A stretch of 36,457 bases of DNA from Octopus bimaculoides (Eukaryota): assembly GCF_001194135.2 (NCBI RefSeq), contig NC_068982.1:37534963-37571419 (forward strand), in the 5' to 3' direction. Numbering within the stretch: position 1 is the stretch's first letter; every line of letters begins with the position of its first letter. The position numbers and the translations under genes are program-made. The notes beneath the pieces are model-generated. The model saw only the letters and a list, made by a program, of their open reading frames with translations, was not told the origin of the DNA and did no database searches. Shown piece after piece: positions 12,901 to 24,621 of this stretch.

Positions 12901-15900
12901 GATTACAAGTTAATTTGATAGTGATAAGCAGAAATGCAGAGCTAAAGGAAAACAAGCTCACATGTGGTGTAAACGGCATCATAATTCCACTTCAAGGGAG
13001 CTGGTATTTTTTAGGCTTATTTATGATGGGCTGAGGTTAAAGAAATAAACCGTCATGTTTGTCATAAAACGAGAAAACGAAAAGGTAAATTTTTACCATT
13101 ACACCAGTCACACTTTGAAGGTGTGGTTTACATAAATAATGAGTGATTTCCGACTGTTTTGATGATCAGAATCGCTCAAAATACATCAAAAGCATACATT
13201 TACCCAAAATGAGACGGGTATAAATTTCACTCTCAAAACTAGACGAGTACAATTGTAAATCCATGCCGTTTAAATATATTCTATTGTGTTTATATCTACG
13301 TGAGACACAGGTTCAGATGCTAGTCTGATAGGGGTAACTTTCCGGTAAATTTTTATTACACTCCGTCTCATTTTGAGGGGTGGTTTACCTAAAAGAACGA
13401 GTAATTTCCGACGGTTCTGATGAACAGAAAGATGGGAAAATTACGGGTCTAATTATAAAAAAATTATCAATGAAAATGAAGTTTTATAAAGTCAAATCCA
13501 TGAAGAAAAAGCATTTTGTCAAGACCTTCATTGAAAATTAATTTATGTACTATTTAGCTCTTTCAATCCAACTTCCATCATTAAATACATTCCACAACCC
13601 TCTTCATTATAGCGAGTTCTGATTCAATTATCTTTTTAATTTCACTCTTAAAAAACTGTATTCATTTCATAGCTGAAATAATTTACCAATTTATTTTTTT
13701 AAATAAAAATATTAACCACTGAAAGGATCTCGATTGAGTGTTATATAAAACTGTAAAGTTACATTTCGTCTTTTTAAAATCCCTCACATTTTTGCTTTGT
13801 TCCAAAATTGACGTTTGAAGAATTTTTGCTAATTAAACAGATTTAACTCAAAATTTTTGCTAATTAAACAAATTTAACTCAAAAATTTTTGCTAATTAAA
13901 CAGATTTAACTCAAAATTTTTTACTTGTATAACTCAAGTAATTTTGTTCTGTACTTGTGTTTAAAAAATCCAAGATATTGCATCAATTCTTTACTTCAAA
14001 CTGCTTTTCTTTTTAACTCTCAAAAGAAATGTTTTTTTTATCGTCATTCTAATATTTAATTTTGAAATAGTTGAGCATTAGTTGACAGAAGCATCTCTCC
14101 ATTCTTTGCGGATTGAGTGGGATGGACGATATGGGTCTCGTTAAATGAGTCCACTTCAAGAATTTACAATAAATGGTTAAAAAAAAATAAACAAAGGTCT
14201 AAAACATTTCAGCTATATATTGAAATTAATTTAGGTATTTGGAAGTTTTAAAGAGAGAGGCTGTTAAAATCTTATAATAATAGATAAAAATAATGCACGT
14301 CAACCAAGCCAGCCATTCTGTGAGTTCACTGAATGGGAAGAATGTCGAGGGAATATCGAAATTATTTCGAAAACAAAAAAATTTACTAGGTATACGTTAA
14401 TATTACCTCACATGGTGATGGAGCTTTAAGAAATTAGAGCTAATATTAGATTTTTAGTCCACAATTCTATGGATATTACCTTTTTAAATCGATTTAAAAT
14501 AAAAATAATGGCCATTAGAATTTGGAAAAAGCCATTGTAGGATTGCAGCAGCAACGATGTATATTTCAGGAAAAGGACGTCAGTAAAAGATTTTATACTG
14601 TGCTATTCATGATATTTTATTTCCAAAATGTCAAGGAAATCACTTTAAAACCAAGAAAATGAAATTAAAACCCTTTTCTAATATTTAAAACGCCCGTGAC
14701 TAATCCCTTCGTTGAAAGGCGTCAGAACCAAATTACCAGAACATGGAAAGAAAAGACCTGACAGAGAAACCCCCAATTCCGTGAACAGAATAAGAAGAAA
14801 CCTTACTTTATATAAATATATATTTTCCACTTAATTGTGAGTAGCAGCAGTCTTGATACGGATGATGGAAGTTTTGTGATGGCACACAAGCTTGTTGAAG
14901 AAATGTCAATTATTTGCTTCTAAAGGCTAGCAAGTCAATGAATGATTCACATACATACGCGCAGCAATGGCTTCTTCCTTCACTGCTGCTAAGATCAACA
15001 TTATCGAACTTCTTTTTTAAAATTGTGTATGTGTGTAGGTGTGTGTGCGTGCGCTTGCGCGCGCGTGCCTGCCTACGTGCCTGCGTGCGTGCATATACTG
15101 ATGTATGTATGTATGTATGTAATTTTTACACAGTGACTCAAGGGGTCGAGAGTTTCGTGAATTAGGCACGCACGCACACATAAACATTTATTGTAAATTT
15201 GTTTTGCAAGAATTGTGGTTCGATCTGGAACCGTGTGTTGTTGAAACTAATATAATTATATTTCGGAAATAGTCGATAAAACTGATTAACAACAACTAGT
15301 TAGTGTTTATTACGATGACTCTTCTGAAATTAAAACATAAACAATTCAGTTATCCTTTTATTCGTTTCAGCCATGTGGCTGCGGTCATGCTGGAGCTCTA
15401 ATATATATATATATATATAATNNNNNNNNNNTCTAAACACGCATAGACCTTTTTATATATTATTTATTTGATTTTTTTTGGCCTAAATAAATTTGAATTG
15501 TTTCCTCGTGAAAGGACTTTATACGATTCAAATTAAATTTGCACTTTGGTACTAGAATATTATTAACTCTCTAGATTTTATTCTATTATTAGTCATAGTA
15601 AACTAGATTCTCATTTAAATTTCACTTTAGAATCAGCACTAAAGTCTGATAAATGTAAACACACGCATATGTAAGCCATTGGATTAAATGCTTTGTATAT
15701 TAAATCCTCATTTATTTCGTTTATAAAGATAGATTCAGTCGTTTATCTTCATGTTCAATGCCCTATTTTTTTTCTCTACATTGCATTATCCTGATCAGAG
15801 TCGTTCCATAATGACCATCACGTTTTTTTATATTTCATATATCAGGAGATTTATTACCCAGTGCGCGAAAGATTAATAATAAACAAAGTAGTCCATATGT

Positions 15901-18900
15901 TCAGTGCACGCGATAAGATTTCTGTATCCCTTTTTAGTTAGCGTCCGAGATCATGGCTTTAACGGTTTTTATTATAATTCTCAAAATACAATATTTTGTT
16001 TTTCTAATTGAACAGAAGAGAACTAGATTGTCGCTGTTTATAGTTAGATTGAAACAGATTCGCTTTTGTTTACAACAAAATTCAAATTAGTAAAAGAATA
16101 CATATAGCTCCCCNNNNNNNNNNNNNNNNNNNNNNNNNNNNNNNNNNNNNNNNNNNNNNNNNNNNNNNNNNNNNNNNNNNNNNNNNNNNNNNACCCTTGC
16201 AATTTTCCTCATAGAGATGAACTTGCATCGAGCTGCTGAGCCCGCAGCATGGTTTCGATTCTCAGTTATGGCCATTTTATTCAAGTAGTGCCGTCGCTAC
16301 ACACACATGCAAATGATGAATTACTTAAAATCAAGTACAACTCCAAAATAAAAGGTTGAATAATTAAACAAAGGCTTCTTTAATGAAATTTAAAAAAAAT
16401 TTAATCTTTATTTCTTATTAAGTATTGTAGGGGAAGTCAAAATGATCTACTACTACTATTGTAAAAGATATTCATTTGAAGAATTGAAAAATGTGAAAGA
16501 ACAATATGCGAACATCAAATGTTAGGTCTTTGTGGTGACAGTGTAAAATAAAGTGATATGTCATGAATATTATATTAATTATCAGTCATATCGAAATACC
16601 ATTTCTTCAAATTTCGAATGACTTATTGTTTATCTTCTGAGCAGATCTGCGTTCAAAGGCGTTCCAGACATACCCATCCTCTCTTAAGCTTTGCGTATCT
16701 GTCCCTTTAGGGTATATATTGGAAGAGTTTTCGTTATTTGTATCAGGCTGAACGACCATGTGTTAGCGCTCTCGTTGGTCCACCAATTAAATATGTTGTT
16801 TATTTTATTGACAAAACAGCCGCAAGATATAAACATCGTTTATATTTTGCTTTGAAAAATATTCTCACATCCCCCTATTAGTGGTGTTGATAGTTTTTCG
16901 CGATTTCCTTTTTCTGTGTCTTTCTCACAAAGTGTTTTCCTCTAATTATACTTTAGTTTCGACACTATAATCATTAGGCCACATCTTATGACTTTCGTTG
17001 AATAGGTTTGTAAATTTAAATATATTTTGCCCAGTTTAAGTGAAATAAATTCCTTTTCGCAAGAGTTTCAACATTTAAAATTTTTTTAGTATCGAAGACT
17101 CAGTCAATAAAAGATTGGGTGTTTCTGGTCTACGTTACTGGCGCCGTTGTCATTCTGTAGCTTTGATCAACCAACGGTCGAACGACTGGATGTGAGTCAT
17201 AGATCCAGCTTTCCAAATATACCTTCCTCATCATTCCGGCATACGGTGATTTATAGTGTGGGGAGGGTGCTGTTTAGCAGTCTATTCCTGAAGATGAAAG
17301 ATTCTCAGTGTTCTTGACTTTGAAGTGTACAGAATGTCATAAATAAAAAAAATTATTGGCACACTTCACATGGCAAGTTATGAAGGAATGTTTGATAGTT
17401 TATATATATATGTTGGTTAATTGGTTTTACTAAACTTACATATATATAGCAATATTATGAATAATATATTTTCAAGACCCTCAAGCATGAGTAGGGATTT
17501 TCTAAAGCCCTAAATTATACTTCTAAAACATCTGCAACACCTAGATACTTGCTGCACTGCACTGTTTGAGAACTGCGTTGTAGGTACTAAATAACGGTTA
17601 TGGCTTGAGTAGGAACATTATGTATATTCTTTATATTTTTATCATTGGTTATGTATATAACTAACTAGTACTCGGTCGGTTACAATGACAAGAGTTCCAG
17701 TTGATCTGATCAATGGAACAACCTGCTCATGAAATTAACGTGCAAATGGCTGAGCACTCCACAGACATGCGTACCCTTAACATAGTTCTCAGGGAGATTT
17801 AGTGTGACAAGGCTGGCCCTTTGAAATATAGGTACTACTCATTTTTGCCACCTGAGTGGACTGGAGCTGCATGAAGTAAAGTGTCTTGCTCAAGGACACA
17901 ACGTGCCACTGGGAATCAAACTCATAACCATACGATCATGAGTGAATACCCCTAACCACTAAGTCATATGCCTTCACTGGTTATGTGTATAGCAGTATAG
18001 TGTTTCTGTTATATGCATCTCAATACAGTATTTGAGGAGAACATTGTACTTTGCAGTATAAGAATGGTTCTGTATTACATTACAGGTACAGACATGATTA
18101 TGTGGTTAAGGAGTTTGCTTTGTGACTGTATAGTTTGGCATCTTATTACATGGCATCTTAGGCAAGTGTCTTTTCCTATAGCCACAAGCTGAAAATGTTT
18201 TTCACGGTCTTGTAAACCTACCTAGCCATCCTTGATTCTCACTTTGTACCTTGAGGGTACACCTTGATACTTCATTTTCACCATCCTTTCTCCCTATCCT
18301 GCTGAGTTAGCTATGTATCTCTTCTACAGCAAGACACCAGTTCCTGTCCCTCTTTTCTACTTTTAACCGCTCTACTATGTCAAAAAGAGTCTTGTGAGTT
18401 ATTCAGTGACCTCACTTATACTGGTGTCTTGCGAAAAAAGTATCCAATACATTCTAAAACAGTTCATGTTAAGAAGGGTATCCAGCTGTAGAAATGTTGC
18501 CAAAGCAGACATTGGAGACCAATGTAACCCTCAGGCTAGTCGAATGCTGTCAAACCAAAAGACCCACCCACCATCATGGAATACAGATGTTAAATAATGA
18601 TGACACCAATACCTTGAAGCAGAATATATACAAATAGATATTGTAATAAATTTACATCTTGCATACAAATTTATTTTACAAGTTTTAGCAACATTTTATT
18701 GGCAATGTAGACTATTGTTATTTTCTTCTAGGTTTTACCCCCTTTTAATTAATGAAGCAGGATAGCAAATGAAGTTCTCAATGTAATGTAGCAAACTGTT
18801 CAAGTACTTGGAAGAAATGTTTTTTAATCAATTTAATAAAATTGCAAGCATTCATCCATGAGATAGACTTTAGCTTTGATTAAATAGATAATGGTTAAGA

Positions 18901-21900
18901 AGATATTTACTAATGAATACTTTCAAAAGTTCAACATATTTATGTGAAGTAAAAAAGATTGCACATGGGGGTGTGGTTAGGAAGTTCACTTACAAGCTAC
19001 ATGGTTTACTAATTCAGTCTCTTTGTCTAGTACTTTGGGCAAGTATCTTCCACTCTAGCCCTGGGTTGACCAAAGCCTTATGAGCACATTTGGTTGATGA
19101 AAACTGAAAGAAACTTGTATGTGAATGTTTGTGTTCTCTTGTCTTGACATTATGAGATAGTTGTCATTTGTTTCAAGTCTTCTGTGAAAAATGTCTGGCC
19201 AAGGGGAAATATTACCTTGCCTGGAAAATGGAGAGGGACAGTGACAGGAAGGGCATCTGACACATGAAAGCATGGGAAGATAGATATTAAATAGACAATG
19301 GTGATGATAATCACCGTCATAACTGTTAATAATTAATAATGTTTTATCATATTGTACCTCATGTAGTTTATTTTGATACTTTCATGAATAAAAAAAAAAT
19401 TCAATTGAAGTTTGGGAATGAGAACAAGATAGTGCATTAAACTTATTTGTCTGAGTCAAAATAGCTGAAAATAAATACTGCCTTAGTTGATATTAAAAAA
19501 ATAATAAAGTTGTTCAGCATTATAAACGTCTTTGATAAAATGCTATTGCTTGTTTGTTTTTTTTGTTTTTTTTTCCTCCAGACAACAGAAGCTCAAATAA
19601 CTCTTGAACAGCAAAAAGAACGCCGTGAACAACATATTCGAAGACTGAAAGAAATAAATGCCAAAAGAAGACTTGACAAGGTAAAATCTCTTCTTTATTA
19701 CTATTCTTTGCTTCATGTGGTTATTTTTCTCTTCCATTTATTTTTTGAGCATTTAGAAGGCATAGTTTGAATATCGATTATTTTTTCATATGATGTTGAT
19801 AAATTCTCACCTCATTCAGTTTCTAGCTTGTTACAATTTGGAGTTAGTTTGTGAAAAATTTGACTGCCTAATTTTTCTTTCATAGGCAACATTAACATAT
19901 CAACTTAGGTTGTCTGAAACCAGAACCAAGATTCACTTCATCATCATCATTATATGTCCATTTTTCCATGCTTGTATGGGCTGGATGGTTTGACAGGTTC
20001 CAAGCCACAGAACTGTATCAGGCTCCAGTGTTAGCTTTGTCATGGTTTCTATGGCTGATGCTCTTCCTAATGCCAAACACTTTATAGTATGTGCTGGGTA
20101 CCTTTTTTGTGACACCAGCAAGACAGAGAGAGAAGAAAGAAAAAGGCTTCTTTGACTATGGGAGAGGTGGCTTTATACCAGGTGTTGAAGTCTAAAGAAT
20201 GACATTGTGACATGCACAGGTATCTTGCTATAGGGGAAATACATGGCTGCACTGCATTATGTGAGGTGGATAAGAGCAGTTGGAAGGGACATAAAGATGG
20301 TGGTGACAGGGTACCAAGTCATACTCAAGGTAAATGATGAGGATAAGGGAGATTATTTTAATATAATTGGTTATTCTTCATTCACAACAGAAACGAAATT
20401 TCACTGCAACTTTTGTTCGCTGGTATAAGACATTTTACTATTATTATCCATCTAATCCATGCCAGCATGAAAAAACAAAATGAATGTACTCAAAATGTAA
20501 TACTTCCTATTGCTGTTATCAGCTCCAGTTTTTATCTGATACTGTTAGTAAATCTGAAGTTTGATTAATTATAACAATATATATATATATAGGCCATGAC
20601 ACTTTTAAAAATGAAAAAATTAAAAATTCGGAAATATTTTAAAATTCTGTGATTTATTGTTATTGGAAGAATTTGCTCAATTTCAATAGCAAGAAAATGT
20701 TTCAGAAGATTACATATCATTTCTCATATTATTTTCCATAGTTTTTCTTTTGTAGTCATTTACTTGCTTCAGTCTTTGAACTGTGATATTACTGGAGTAT
20801 AGACGTTTATATTGTGATTCTTATTTTATTAACCATAAAATAATGAAGGTGAAGTAAACCTGGGCAGAATTGAACTCGGAATGTAAAGGGACACAGGCAT
20901 AACTACAGATTTCTACCCTCCACCTCCAACTTTCGATGATAACTTTCAGAAAAACGGATATTTTGTAATGAAATTTTCTACGAATATGTGTTATATCATG
21001 TAGATTCTGAATATACAAATTTTTTTTTGGAAAGTGTTTTAGGAGGGGGTGGGGTGGGGAATTTAGGAAAATTCACCGGAGTCCACTTCAATTCGTCTTA
21101 ACTTTCAAGAAAATGGATATTTTTTAATGAAATCCCCTACAAATATACCTCGGACTATGTAGATTCCGAGGACATAAGAATTTTGAGGGAAAACAATTGG
21201 GGGTTATTTTTGAGAACTGTTCCCCACTTGGGCGTGTTTCAGAACAAGTCCATATTTGTTTCATTTTCTCTGTTTTGTGCGTTTGTGCATCCATAGATTT
21301 CTACTGACGCAACAAACAGGCAATGAAGGTAAATGAAGCCCTCACCAGAAAACTCGTTATGCTAAAAATAACAGCTGGTACACAGAAGTATGTTATTAGG
21401 ACGACTTATCTGTTGCATACAATTTTTTTCCCACTTTAAGTAAATTCCCAGATAAACGTTTCTAATAGAAAGGTAAAAGGCACCAAAAGCAAAAATAAGG
21501 AATATACAGGCACAGTTAAATATAGAAGTATAAATTATAATTTGTTACATAATATCTATAATAACATGATATTGAATGGAATAATTCCACGTTTGAACTT
21601 TTTTAATTACATATATGTGCGTGTGCGCGCGTGCGTATGGATGGGTGGGTGGTAGAAATCTATGGACGCACAAAACGGAGAAAATAAAACAAATATGGAC
21701 TTGTTCTGAAACACCCCCGAGTGGGGAACGGTTCTCAAAAATAATCCTCAATTGTTTTCCCCAAACATTCCTATGTCCTCAGAATCTACATCGTCCAAGG
21801 TATATTTGTAGAGAATTTCATTAAAAAGTATCCATTTTCTTGAAAGTTAAGACGAATTGAAGAGGACTCTGGTGAATTTTCCGAAATTCCCCACCCCACC

Positions 21901-24567
21901 CCCTCCTAAAACACTTTCCCCCACAAAAATTTTGTATATTCAGAATCTACATGATATAACACATATTCGTAGAAAATTTCATTAAAAAATATCGATTTTT
22001 CTGAAAGTTATGAACATCCTAAGTCAGGGTGAGGCAGAAATCTGTAGTTATGCCAGGACACAGCCGAATACTACAAGGTATTTTGTCCAATGTTTCAAAG
22101 ATTCTGCTATTCACTCATTACCAGACTTTCAGAATATTTATTGTGCTTTTGCTTACTGTAATGCTATGCCTGTTCTTTATTCACCACAGGGGGTTATTAT
22201 ATTTATTTCAGCTACAAGAGAATGAAGAACATTTGTTGCAGTTGAAGCGTATTCAACTGCTGTTGGAAGAAGATGATGAAGATGCTTTGAAAAAGTATCA
22301 TGTAAGTTCCCACAACTGTTTAAACAGCATACTAAGTTGTCAGTTTATGGTTTCCAAGTTTTACCATCATGACTGACTTTGAGATGTGCAATTTAAAGAA
22401 AAAATAATTATTCATAAGTTTTCTTTTATGTGACTTCTTTTGTTAAAAGAAATAAAGGTTTATAGTCAAGATTGTTAATTAAGGTTGATTACTCTGAATA
22501 CTACCATCAAACTAGCTGGAAAAAGTACAATTCTTTCTTCAGCATTGAATGGTATTCAGAAGAATATTCTTCTATAAAAGCTATAATAATGAATATATAA
22601 ATTATTAAAAAAAAAAAAAAATAACAATTACCTACCATATATTTGTCTTTATTTGCCACACCTTTACCTGTTTGTCCTAATTTATGTTAAATAAACATCA
22701 ACTCTCCGCTTCATATGTGGCAACTTTCACCCACCTTACTGTTTCAAGTAACATTTAAATAAATTACCAACAGATAATATTAACTATCAATATGCTGATA
22801 AGAGTAGCAGATGGCAGAATCAGCAGAGCAGCAGTAAAAATGACTTGTAGTATTAAGGTACAAATCCTGTTGCAGTCATCATAGTTAATTATCATTATCA
22901 TTTAATGTTCACTTTTCTATGACTAAATGCCCTTGTGTTTTCATTGTTTGATGGTGATGCCCATTTACAATTGTCACATGATGTCAAGACAAGGGTGCAC
23001 ACACACACAGAGGCACATAATTATTAATTATACACACACACATACATGCATATATATATATATATATATATATTTATGACAGGCTGCTTTCAGCTTCTGT
23101 CTGTCAAATCCACTCACAAGGCTTTGATTGGTGTGAGGCTATCATTGAAGATGCTTACCCAAGGGGGCCATACAGAGGGTCTGAACCCAAGACCACATGG
23201 TTAGGAAGCAAGTTTCTTAATCACACAACCATGCTGGTGTCTTTCTGAAATCTATGCAATAAATATACCTGTCAAGTATTGACCTAATTGACAATATTTT
23301 GCTTCCAATAATTTATGGTTTTCTGTTTATGTTAAAAAAACAAAACAATAAATGCTTACATTTTTACATTTACACTTTTTGTGTGTGTGTGTTTTGTTTG
23401 AAGTAGAAAATAATTTATTATTTAAGAGGTCAAATTGTGGGTTCTGTTTTTTTTGCATTTCAAGTGCAATAACTTTGAAAATAGAAAATGCTTGTACAGT
23501 AGATTTATTAACAATTTACAAGTTTAGTGTCAGATTGAGCAAACTTATAAAAAGGCCTGCCAGTCATGACCATCTCATCTTTCTAGGAATACATTAACTT
23601 ATGTTGCTTCCCCACAACTTTCTTTTAGGGAAATTTAGTTGCTATTCCTAGCAACTAAATTTAAAGGTCTCCTTGTTGGCTCATAATAATTACATGTATT
23701 ATAGCTGATCAACAACTAACCTATTAATATATTTCTTATTCTAGTTCACATTCTTGAGTGTCTCAACAAAAACAAGCAGATGGATTTGACAAAAGTAATA
23801 TTAAGGAGATATTGTACTAATAACCATTCAAATGTTATATTATTGTTTTTGGTATTAATCTGAGTTACATTATGTGTAAGTTTTTACTACTTATTTCTGT
23901 GTGCTTTATAACTTTTCAGCAGAATGTAAATTCAGTATTTCAAGCCATCAAACACTTAACTATCCCTAGTACAAGTCATCCAGCTCTCTGCTATTATTAT
24001 AAAATTTGTGGAAGGTACATTTTTTTTAATTTTTGGTTTTTATTTTCTTTCAGCAAGTTTTGAAGGACATGGGATTCCACTCCAGTGATGAACTCCTTGC
24101 TACTATGAATAAACTTTCTGCTAATATACAGCGCACAAGGGCAAAAATCCATGGAAAAGAACTTACAGAAGAACCAGAGGTATTTTTTTGAAAATAAATT
24201 TTACATAAATTGGTATAGATTTTTAAATGTTAAGAAAGTATAAATCAAGTTTGGCTCAACATTTGAATAAAATAAAGCTGAAATCTAAAAAATTGTTTGG
24301 TCACTAAATGAACCATGTCATGCTATCAATCCTGATATAGTTCTTTTAGTGTGTTGGGGTTTTTTTTGGGTGGTGGGAGGTCATGCTGGTACAGTTTAGA
24401 TAATTTTAGCATAGCCACTACTTATTTAAAGGGTATTTATTTTCAAAAAATAAAAAGAAAAAAATTTTAACATTCAGATTAGACTCAATGGTTTTTGTTA
24501 AGTTATTTTGAAGTGATTTGCATTTCTACAATTTTGTTGCATTTTAGAGCACTAGGCATTTTTTGTG

Positions 24568-24621
<54 letters not shown>

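Noticed and set aside
13821-13921. CRISPR-like array
   Set aside because: Head-to-tail tandem units with no unique spacers, in a eukaryotic intron.
17195-17290. Minus-strand segment bounded by a good acceptor (catcttcag|) and a |gtatat donor
   Set aside because: Stops in all three frames; it could be a non-coding exon but there is no independent support.
17665-17977. tRNA gene
   Set aside because: A/B boxes are present, but the sequence continues into a SINE body with no acceptor-stem closure.
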